From the NCBI GenBank assembly GCA_043797665.1, contig JAZDPL010000016.1, forward strand, positions 1-13,488: a stretch of DNA of 13,488 nucleotides. The letters are read 5' to 3'. A program made the position numbers and the translations under genes. The notes under the pieces were generated by a model, which saw nothing but the letters and a program-made list of their open reading frames with translations, did not search any database and had not been told where the DNA came from. This DNA comes from Candidatus Omnitrophota bacterium (GTDB taxonomy: Bacteria; Ratteibacteria; UBA8468; MWAK01). Below, one piece after another: positions 6,917 through 13,488 of the stretch. Each line of letters starts with the position of its first letter. The first letter of the stretch is position 1.

Positions 6917-8800
6917 CTATTCCGTTTCAAAAACAACCATGCCCCAGAAGCCTAATTTCGGTATGGCCACCCGGACCTTATTTTCATAAGTTTCCATCTT
7001 CAGGTCGGTCGTATAACCCGGCATCTCCGGGCTCAACAGATATGCCTTCTTAACCTTACCGGCGATACCCTGGTCCACCACTACGTCAATACCATTCCGT
7101 TCTTCCGGCTTTTCGGTTTCGGTATAGTCTAAGTACGGTTTTACCGGCGGGTTTACTAAATTAACGAAGAGGCATCCCTTACCGTTGTCTAATTTGCCCT
7201 GGTACACGTACTCCTTCCACCAGACCGTCTTGTCACTCTCCACTTTCAATACCGGCTTCTGCTCTAAATCCTTAATCCGCTGAAACCCGTGGCTGTACAA
7301 AAATTCGGAGTAACGCAGGGCAAACCGGTAAAAATCCTTCGCTTGCGCAAATCTCTGCTCGGAACCGGAATATATGCCCAGGCTGGCACCGCCGGCGTAG
7401 ATAATGGAAACGAGGTGCCGGTTGAAAACCGGACTCCCGGCCGCTAACTTAGTTACGCTATCATAACCACCCGCTTCCCTGATTAAATCTGCCCCTCGTA
7501 CTACCCTCTGCCGGTAGGTCTCCCATAAATTCTCCGGATTGGCGGAACCTTCCTGATCCTTAGTCTGCAGGTCTTCGTCCATTACCATCCCGTCCCGGGC
7601 ACAGGTCCGGTAGGTTGCAGGCATCTTTTTGGACCAGCAGATACCCTGGTATTCCGGTGACCAGTTGGTGCCAAAGATGAAATCAGGCAAAACCTCTTTG
7701 ATTCGTTTATTCATCCGGGTAATATTCTTTTCATTCCACTCGTCAAGGTCGCTAATCCCTCTGTCCATCGGCACACCCCGGTAGTTGGTATCTCCAGCCA
7801 CGTCAACCCCGTTTTCTACGGTTGCCCGGGGCATCAGCATCGGGTAACCATCCCACCGGATGCCGTCAAAATCATAGTACCTGGACACCTGAATAATCTG
7901 GTCAACGGCGAAGTCCATTACAGACTGGTCCGTAAAGAGAACCGGGGTATAAGTCCGGACACCGGAGTAAAAAGATTCCCGGCTCTTGTCATCCACTTCC
8001 GGGTTGCGCAATTTTTCCATTGACTCTACACTCAGGTACCGGTAGACCGGTCTGCCGCCGGCGTAAGCCAGCCATTCCGGATGTTCCCGGCTAAAGTCTG
8101 TTCCTGCCGGACCGCAGACCGCCGGAATATTATAAAAGACCACCCCTAATCCCTGCTGGTGCGCAGACCGGATAAAAGTCATCAGACCCTGCCTCGTCTC
8201 CGGATAGATTCCGCCGGCGACCCATCGTTCAATTCCCATACCCCATTGGTTCAAAGCCCAGGAGGTCTGTCCCGCGCCGGAGTATTCCACCAGGGGCCAG
8301 TAAATCTTTCTGCGTTCTGCCGCAATCTCCTTCATCCGCTCCGGACCGATATCCCGGCTGCCGTGGAGAAAGGTATGAACCGGCGAAATCTTGTAAAAGT
8401 TATCGGAGATGCCAAAAACCTCTTCTGCCCGGGCAACCTTTTTATTATTGTTATCAAGCAGCGTTACCCTTGCCAGCGTACCCCATTCCCGGTTTCCGGT
8501 ATTAAATTTCACCGGGAAATTAATAATATCACCGCCGGGAACCAATACCTTACCGTCATAGAGTACCTCGGTATCGTCAAGACCGGTTACCAACTCACAG
8601 ACTAAACGGATCTTCCGGTCGGTATCTGCCCCATTTATTAAAGTAGCGGTTATCAGCGCCGCACTGTTCTTCCGGTTAATCAGTTTCTCCGGCAAGACCT
8701 GCTGAATTTTAACTCCGGCGCCTGCCCACAGAGATGAACCCGCCAATAAAAAGAGGAAAATTCCCGACAAGAAAAAGTAGACTGTCTCCTTTTCCTTCAT
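6917..8800 (-). CDS. Secreted putative glycoside hydrolase, GH66-like architecture
   Basis: Start at ATG 8800 gives a signal peptide (MKEKETVYFFLSGIFLFLLAGSSLWA) and avoids overlap with the upstream gene. Ig-like N-domain, AHQQGLGVVFY, YDFDGIRWDG and C-terminal VNLVN...AYLLSPE...IPKLGFWGMVVF. Confidence 0.65.
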   Translation of the reverse strand: MKEKETVYFFLSGIFLFLLAGSSLWAGAGVKIQQVLPEKLINRKNSAALITATLINGADTDRKIRLVCELVTGLDDTEVLYDGKVLVPGGDIINFPVKFNTGNREWGTLARVTLLDNNNKKVARAEEVFGISDNFYKISPVHTFLHGSRDIGPERMKEIAAERRKIYWPLVEYSGAGQTSWALNQWGMGIERWVAGGIYPETRQGLMTFIRSAHQQGLGVVFYNIPAVCGPAGTDFSREHPEWLAYAGGRPVYRYLSVESMEKLRNPEVDDKSRESFYSGVRTYTPVLFTDQSVMDFAVDQIIQVSRYYDFDGIRWDGYPMLMPRATVENGVDVAGDTNYRGVPMDRGISDLDEWNEKNITRMNKRIKEVLPDFIFGTNWSPEYQGICWSKKMPATYRTCARDGMVMDEDLQTKDQEGSANPENLWETYRQRVVRGADLIREAGGYDSVTKLAAGSPVFNRHLVSIIYAGGASLGIYSGSEQRFAQAKDFYRFALRYSEFLYSHGFQRIKDLEQKPVLKVESDKTVWWKEYVYQGKLDNGKGCLFVNLVNPPVKPYLDYTETEKPEERNGIDVVVDQGIAGKVKKAYLLSPEMPGYTTDLKMETYENKVRVAIPKLGFWGMVVFETE

Positions 8801-8804
8801 AGAT

Positions 8805-10073
8805 TTAGCTGTTACTCCCCGCCACAAAGCCCGTCGTCCAGCATAGCTGGAGGCTATAGCCACCCGAGGGGCGGTCGATGTTTAAGACGTCACCAACGAT
8901 ATACAGGTTAGGCACAAGACGCGACTGCATTGTTTTAAAGTTCACTTCTTCAAGTGCCACACCACCCGAAGACACAACCGCTTTATCCGCACCAAGCAAA
9001 CCTGTGACGTGGAGCGGAATGGCCTTAATACATGTGACTAATTTTAGCCGGTCATTGTGGCTCACGCTATGATTCGCCGTCTCGCTATTTATATCGGCAA
9101 GTTCCAGTATCGCCGAGACGAGCGCCGAAGGAATTAGCTTACTAAGCGTATTTTTCAACTTTTTATTACTTTCCGCAATGAGAAGCGTCTGGATCTGCTG
9201 TTTGAACGCACCGTGATCAAGTCCTGGGAATAGATCGAGCACGATAATAACTTCGCCGTATTGCATCAGCTCACCGATTTTTTTACTCATATTTAAGACT
9301 GTTGGCCCACTGATACCAAAATGTGTGAAGAGCAGTTTACCTTTTTGAACCTCTTGCTTCTCCCCGTTTTGGAACGTAGTGAGTTTAATATCGTCAAGTG
9401 TTACTCCGCCTATTTTTTTTGCCCAGGCATCTTTGAGCGCGATAGGTACGAGCGCAAAATTGTTATCAATGATCGTGTGACCAAATTTTTTAAGCCACCC
9501 AAATCCCTCACCGGTTGAGCCGGTTTCCGGACGTGCAGTTCCTCCGGTAGCAACAATGCAGGATTTTGCCGTTATTCCTGTTTTGTTTTTGAGTTGGATA
9601 CGGATGTGCCTTGTAGCCGTGTCAACCGCCAAACCGGTAACCGAAGTATTGGTTTGTATCTGCACACCGCCCTTTTTCATATAACGGGTAAGCACGTCCC
9701 AAACAGACTGCGCCTTATTTGAAACAGGGAAAACCCTCCCCTCGGTTTCTTCTTTTGTCGCCATCCCGCGGCGATTAAAAAAGTTGAGCGTATCCTCTAC
9801 GCCAAACTGTGAAAAAGCGGAAAAAAGAAATTTACCATTCTCTTTATACTTTGCGAGTATTGTACGTATCTCGGTCTTATTGTTGGTTATATTACACCGT
9901 CTGCCGCCGGTAATGAGGAGTTTTTTACCGGGCGTTGGATTTTTTTCGAGCAACAAAACAGAGCGCTCCAACTCAGCCGCCCTGCCCGCCGCCATCATCC
10001 CAGCCGGTCCGCCGCCAATAACCACGACGTCCCATAATAGATTATCTGTCTTCATGTTCGCTTTCATATTCAT
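8805..10073 (-). CDS. HI0933/BaiN/YhiN-family FAD/NAD(P)-dependent oxidoreductase
   Basis: Motifs DVVVIGGGPAGMMAA, GKKLLITGGRRCNITN, GRVFPVS, IVATGG..P.TGSTGEG, LLFTHFGISGP and GGYSLQLCWTTG. The start could be 10073, 10067 (best spacing to GGGGAG) or 10055. Confidence 0.93.
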   Translation of the reverse strand: MNMKANMKTDNLLWDVVVIGGGPAGMMAAGRAAELERSVLLLEKNPTPGKKLLITGGRRCNITNNKTEIRTILAKYKENGKFLFSAFSQFGVEDTLNFFNRRGMATKEETEGRVFPVSNKAQSVWDVLTRYMKKGGVQIQTNTSVTGLAVDTATRHIRIQLKNKTGITAKSCIVATGGTARPETGSTGEGFGWLKKFGHTIIDNNFALVPIALKDAWAKKIGGVTLDDIKLTTFQNGEKQEVQKGKLLFTHFGISGPTVLNMSKKIGELMQYGEVIIVLDLFPGLDHGAFKQQIQTLLIAESNKKLKNTLSKLIPSALVSAILELADINSETANHSVSHNDRLKLVTCIKAIPLHVTGLLGADKAVVSSGGVALEEVNFKTMQSRLVPNLYIVGDVLNIDRPSGGYSLQLCWTTGFVAGSNS

Positions 10074-10098
10074 ATACTCCCCAGATACTGATACTTCC

Positions 10099-10239
10099 TA
10101 CCCTGTCAATCCTAAAATCTTCGGCCAAAAGATGAGAAAACGGCGGTTAGATAATAACATCACGATAAAACACCTGTCAAAACTCATCAAAACAGACGAA
10201 ATGCGCATCCTATTGCAGAAACAGGCAACGTTGCGGTAA
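10099..10239 (+). pseudogene. Truncated XRE/Cro-type helix-turn-helix gene remnant
   Basis: The frame reads YPVNPKIFGQKMRKRRLDNNITIKHLSKLIKTDEM, which fits the HTH_XRE pattern G..(L/I)R..R....(L)T...LA..(I)G. It loses similarity at about 10204, before the recognition helix and WE motif. No suitable start lies upstream of the similar region. Confidence 0.55.
10151..10180 (-). promoter_or_regulatory. Candidate sigma70 promoter for the HI0933 block
   Basis: - strand TTGACA (10180-10175), 18 nt spacer, TATTAT (10156-10151) preceded by TGn (extended -10). Confidence 0.55.
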
Positions 10240-10242
10240 AAT
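10213..10242 (+). promoter_or_regulatory. Candidate sigma70 promoter for the URO-D-like gene, with a palindrome in the spacer
   Basis: TTGCAG (10213-10218), 18 nt spacer, TAAAAT (10237-10242). Perfect palindrome GCAACGTTGC at 10225-10234. Confidence 0.45.
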
Positions 10243-10254
10243 TATTGTTAAACC

Positions 10255-11349
10255 ATGTTAAAAGTGCCGTTGGCAAAACCGAAACCGGACATAGAAAGGT
10301 TTCTCAGAGTTATCCGGGGCGAAGAAATACCGGAAAGGCCCCCCCTGGTAGAACTCTTCCTTGACCATGAAGTAGTGCGGGAGATTTCCCGTACCCACCT
10401 TGGCCGTAATTGGGTTGAGCCGGCATCGGATTGGGGCTCCCAATCTGCCTATTTGAAGAATTGGATAGAGGTCTATTACCGGATGGGTTATGACTACGTC
10501 CGGATGTCCGGGGGTCTTGATTTTCCCGGCAGGAATCGGCTAAGCGAAGACACCGCAGCTCTTTCAAAGAAGACCCGGAGCTGGGCTGAAGAAGGTGCGG
10601 GTCCGATAAGTAACTGGCAGGATTTTGAAACCTATCCCTGGCCGGACCCGGGACAGTCAGACCTGCGCAGTTACGAGTTTGTGGCGCAAAACCTGCCGGA
10701 GGGGATGGGCCTTTTCCTTTGCCCTACCGGCGGTTTTCTGGAAATGCCCCTGGACATCCTCTTTGGCTATCAGAACCTTTGTTATCTCGTTTACGACAAT
10801 CCGGAACTGGTGTCAGCCGTTTTTGAAAAATCCGGCGGAATCATCTACGATTTCTACGGGAAATTGCTGGGTCTACCCAACCTCTGCGGGTTCTTTCAGG
10901 GAGATGACATGGGTTTTAAGACCGGGACCCTGATAGCGCCGAAGGAGATTCGCAGGTATGTGCTGCCCTGGCACAAGAGACTGGCGGGACTTGCCCACCA
11001 GAACAGACTGCTTTACCTCCTCCATGCCTGCGGGAATCTGGAGCAAATAGCCGGGGACCTGATTGATGAGGTAAAAATAGACGGTCGCCACTCTTTTGAA
11101 GACGAAGGCAATTCCGTATTGGATTTCAAGCGAAAATACGGCAATAGAACAGCGGTCCTGGGCGGCATCGATATTGACAAGTTATGCCGCCTGCCGGAGG
11201 ATGCTCTGCGCGCCCATGTGCGGCAGATTATTTCGGCCTGCTTACCCGGCGGACGTTATGCGCTGGGTTCCGGGAATACCGTGGCCAATTACGTACCCAT
11301 CTCCAACTACTTCGCCATGGTAGAAGAAGGTTTAAATTTTAGCGGATGA
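10255..11349 (+). CDS. Uroporphyrinogen decarboxylase-like (URO-D/MtaA-CmuA superfamily) protein, probably not true HemE
   Basis: Motifs DFETYPWPDP, GDDMGFKTG..I.P, VLPWHKR, LLHACGN, AVLGGIDID and YALGSGNTV. It lacks the HemE MRQAGR motif. Confidence 0.85.
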   Translation: MLKVPLAKPKPDIERFLRVIRGEEIPERPPLVELFLDHEVVREISRTHLGRNWVEPASDWGSQSAYLKNWIEVYYRMGYDYVRMSGGLDFPGRNRLSEDTAALSKKTRSWAEEGAGPISNWQDFETYPWPDPGQSDLRSYEFVAQNLPEGMGLFLCPTGGFLEMPLDILFGYQNLCYLVYDNPELVSAVFEKSGGIIYDFYGKLLGLPNLCGFFQGDDMGFKTGTLIAPKEIRRYVLPWHKRLAGLAHQNRLLYLLHACGNLEQIAGDLIDEVKIDGRHSFEDEGNSVLDFKRKYGNRTAVLGGIDIDKLCRLPEDALRAHVRQIISACLPGGRYALGSGNTVANYVPISNYFAMVEEGLNFSG

Positions 11350-11404
11350 AAACAAAAATTATTGCCGGATAAATCAAAGCCGGTCGGCAGTCCGCGGAGC
11401 GTCG

Positions 11405-11944
11405 CTACTTTTTCGTTATTTCCACCTTGTCAAAGAATGCCTCCCCCGGCCGACTGGGCTGGTGCATGAGCTTCAGGAAGATACCTTCCTGTTCGGCTGC
11501 GGTGGTGTATTCTGTCTTCAACAGCACCCAGTCTTGCGACGTCGTGGAGCCGATTATCTTTTCATCGGAGACGCTCCACGGGTCGTTTATATCCCACTGA
11601 TAGACGCGTACGTCTGCCTGTGTTCCGTCGGTTTTGACGTATGCCGAGATAACATACGTGGTATTCTTTTTCACCGTGATTCTCTGGAAAATCCCGGACT
11701 GTTCCTTGCAGGCAATCTTCTGGGCAAACGTCCCGTCTTTCCCGTCCTTCACCAGATGGACTTCGACGTCTGAAAACCCACTCCACCCTTCCGCAAGACC
11801 GTTGTTGCCCTCGGACTTGGTTTCAAAAGACCCGTTGACGACAAGATTAACCGGAAGAGATGCTTCTGCAGTCATCGCCGGGGCCGGGAATAACCACGCA
11901 AACGCAAATGCAACTACGCAAAATGTACTGCCAAAAACTCTCAT
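11405..11944 (-). CDS. Secreted stand-alone carbohydrate-binding-module-like protein (CBM4/9 or CBM16-like, galactose-binding fold)
   Basis: Hydrophobic signal peptide, then NLVVNGSFE...GW, IFQRITVKKNTTYVISAYVK, DW, AFFDKVEI. SD AGGAGG. Confidence 0.8.
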   Translation of the reverse strand: MRVFGSTFCVVAFAFAWLFPAPAMTAEASLPVNLVVNGSFETKSEGNNGLAEGWSGFSDVEVHLVKDGKDGTFAQKIACKEQSGIFQRITVKKNTTYVISAYVKTDGTQADVRVYQWDINDPWSVSDEKIIGSTTSQDWVLLKTEYTTAAEQEGIFLKLMHQPSRPGEAFFDKVEITKK

Positions 11945-11988
11945 AGACCCTCCTTGTTATACTTATTTTGCGTCAACCGGCAAAGGCT

Positions 11989-12642
11989 TCATTTGCCATA
12001 GAATGGATCCGCCCAGGTGGGAAAAACGAGGTTGCGGGTGTTGGAAATTCTCCACTTGGAGTTGCCCGGGTCGGAGAGCCATCTTGCCGAACCGTCGCCA
12101 TACAGGACATTCCAACCGTTTGGATGGCCAGGCTTCACGGGGATATTTAAAACTGCCGGCAAGTAGGTGCCGGTAACTTCGGTATCCCAGTACATCGCAT
12201 TGTTTTTCCTATCCTCCAGTTTCTTCCATATGAGTGAGCTCACACCTCCACCTCCGAAATAGCCGTAATCTGTTTCGATCGCGCTGGCTGCAGAAACAGG
12301 CCAGTTAAGAATGCCTGCTTTCGACTTCTTTTTGGTTACGCCGGGACAGGTCAATAATTTAACCGCATCCGTAGGCGTGATTGTCCCTGCATCAATCAGC
12401 ATTCCTAAACTATAATTCTGAGCCACGGAAAACTCCGCCTGTGTCTCCCAAGACGCCTGCGGAATATATCCATTCTGGTCATTGGCGTACATCGCGAGCA
12501 CCATCCCCATCTGCTTCACGTTGGAAATACACACCGCCTGACGGGCTTTTTCCCTCGCCTGACTGAGCGCCGGCAAGAGCATCGCCGCCAGGATGGCGAT
12601 GACCACAAGTAATTCTATCAGGGTAAACCCTCTCTTTTTCAT
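11989..12642 (-). CDS. Prepilin-type N-terminal cleavage/methylation protein with DUF1559-like domain and H-X9-DG motif
   Basis: [13 protein letters not shown]...[25 protein letters not shown]...MYAND, and C-terminal [18 protein letters not shown]. Starts 1 nt after the upstream stop. Confidence 0.92.
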   Translation of the reverse strand: MKKRGFTLIELLVVIAILAAMLLPALSQAREKARQAVCISNVKQMGMVLAMYANDQNGYIPQASWETQAEFSVAQNYSLGMLIDAGTITPTDAVKLLTCPGVTKKKSKAGILNWPVSAASAIETDYGYFGGGGVSSLIWKKLEDRKNNAMYWDTEVTGTYLPAVLNIPVKPGHPNGWNVLYGDGSARWLSDPGNSKWRISNTRNLVFPTWADPFYGK

Positions 12643-12643
12643 T

Positions 12644-13402
12644 TTATTTTCTCCAATTATTCACCAGTACTTTCACTGCGGCCAGGTCGTCGGCCGTCCC
12701 CTGTTCCGCATCGTCCGGCTCCTCGTATTCCAGGCCGATGCATCCGTCATATACCGGCAAAAGCCTGGAAAATATCCGCCCGTAGTTAATAACGCCTTCG
12801 GAGACACGGCAGTAATGAGGTTTATCCTCCCGGTCGTACCGGACGTTTTTAAAGTGCGTAAAACCGACCAGGGGCAGGATTTCGTCAAGAGCGGCAACCG
12901 GGTCCTCTCCGAAAAAAAGGAAATTGGCCGGGTCGTAGTTCAGACGCACGCTGGACAGCGCCACGGTCTCAATCAACCGTCGGCATGCGGATGCCTTCGT
13001 AAGCAGTCCTCCGTGGTTCTCCACGATAACCGTTATGCCCAGTTCCGCGGCAAGACTGCCGAGGGCTTTCAGTTTTTCCGCAGCGGATGCAAATACGGCG
13101 CTGCTGTCCTCCCACGACTCGCACACGCGTATGTATCTGACCTTCAGGAAAGCGGCGAGGCGCGCCTCCTCAAGATAATTCCCCGTCGTCGTGATTTCCA
13201 AAAAAGTGACGCCGGTTCTGGCTGCCACTTCCAACTTCTTTTCCATTTCACCTCTTTCCGGCCGGAACGCGAGGGGAAACGTTTCCGGGTCCGCAAAGAA
13301 TGCGCATATTTCCGTGATGCCGATGCTCTTCATAAACCGGCAATAGTCTTCAAAAGCATATCTCCTGAATCCCCAGGGAGAACTGGTAAAAAGTCTTTTC
13401 AT
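12644..13402 (-). CDS. Sugar-phosphate isomerase/epimerase (xylose-isomerase-like/AP endonuclease 2 TIM barrel)
   Basis: Metal motifs VENHG, NYDPAN, THFKN and LEYE. The frame stays open upstream to the window end, so the start is slightly uncertain. Confidence 0.87.
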   Translation of the reverse strand: MKRLFTSSPWGFRRYAFEDYCRFMKSIGITEICAFFADPETFPLAFRPERGEMEKKLEVAARTGVTFLEITTTGNYLEEARLAAFLKVRYIRVCESWEDSSAVFASAAEKLKALGSLAAELGITVIVENHGGLLTKASACRRLIETVALSSVRLNYDPANFLFFGEDPVAALDEILPLVGFTHFKNVRYDREDKPHYCRVSEGVINYGRIFSRLLPVYDGCIGLEYEEPDDAEQGTADDLAAVKVLVNNWRK

Positions 13403-13451
13403 TCCTTTAGGGGTTGCCGGACCATAAATATTTTTATTTGGGGTTTGAGGT

Positions 13452-13467
13452 TTGATACCAGTGACAT
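13452..13467. promoter_or_regulatory. Candidate LacI-family operator upstream of the isomerase-pilin-CBM operon
   Basis: TTGATACCAGTGACAT is an imperfect palindrome. Its core matches TGTTACCGGTAACA (E. coli GntR-type LacI site) at 11 of 14 positions and lies about 50 nt upstream of the ATG. Confidence 0.3.
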
Positions 13468-13488
13468 GGGGGGCGAAGGGTGTGTGGC

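Noticed and set aside
4955..8863. Two adjacent ORFs both listed as 648 aa, suggesting a duplication
   Set aside because: No visible sequence similarity, and the second probably starts at 8800 (627 aa), so the match is coincidental.
9784..10080. 151-aa + strand ORF as a real gene
   Set aside because: Its first two-thirds is the antisense shadow of the HI0933 gene. Only the tail (HTH relic) looks meaningful.
8813..10082. TACTCCCC direct repeat (8813-8820 and 10075-10082) as a target-site duplication around the HI0933 gene
   Set aside because: One copy lies inside the gene's last codons, and both read as SD-like GGGGAG on the - strand. An 8-bp match is weak evidence.
11350..11404. Bidirectional terminator between the convergent URO-D-like and CBM genes
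   Set aside because: Only weak TGCCG/CGGCA pairing and no U-tract next to the stem.
1457..12897. Numerous short alternative-frame and antisense ORFs (e.g. 1457-2017, 4356-4931, 8159-8605, 11634-12176)
   Set aside because: They lie largely or wholly within well-supported genes and show no recognisable motifs.
136..13402. Gfo/Idh/MocA plus TIM-barrel isomerase as a 3-keto-glycoside oxidation/elimination system
   Set aside because: The two genes are more than 11 kb apart in separate operons and both families are common, so nothing links them here.
1..13488. CRISPR array, tRNA/rRNA, transposase, integrase or defence genes
   Set aside because: No spaced repeats, RNA-gene signatures or relevant protein motifs were seen.

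Overview
A 13.5 kb bacterial window, mostly carbohydrate-related genes, in four transcriptional blocks. (1) + strand operon: Gfo/Idh/MocA oxidoreductase, GH151/GHL6-like glycoside hydrolase and two translationally coupled amidohydrolases, the first of which has lost its metal ligands. (2) Convergent - strand block: an HI0933/BaiN flavoprotein that looks foreign, followed by two secreted proteins (GH66-like; beta-sandwich plus GATase1-like). (3) A URO-D/methyltransferase-like gene on +. (4) - strand operon: sugar-phosphate isomerase/epimerase, prepilin/DUF1559/H-X9-DG pseudopilin and a stand-alone secreted CBM4/9-like protein. The gene content suggests the PVC superphylum or a related candidate phylum (inference). 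Non-coding highlights: a GTAG-type inverted REP doublet with compensatory stem changes (6-55), a truncated XRE-HTH relic (about 10099-10239) containing a near-consensus antisense sigma70 promoter, candidate LacI-type operators, and strong but patchy CCGG over-representation. All family calls come from motif recognition by eye, not from database searches.
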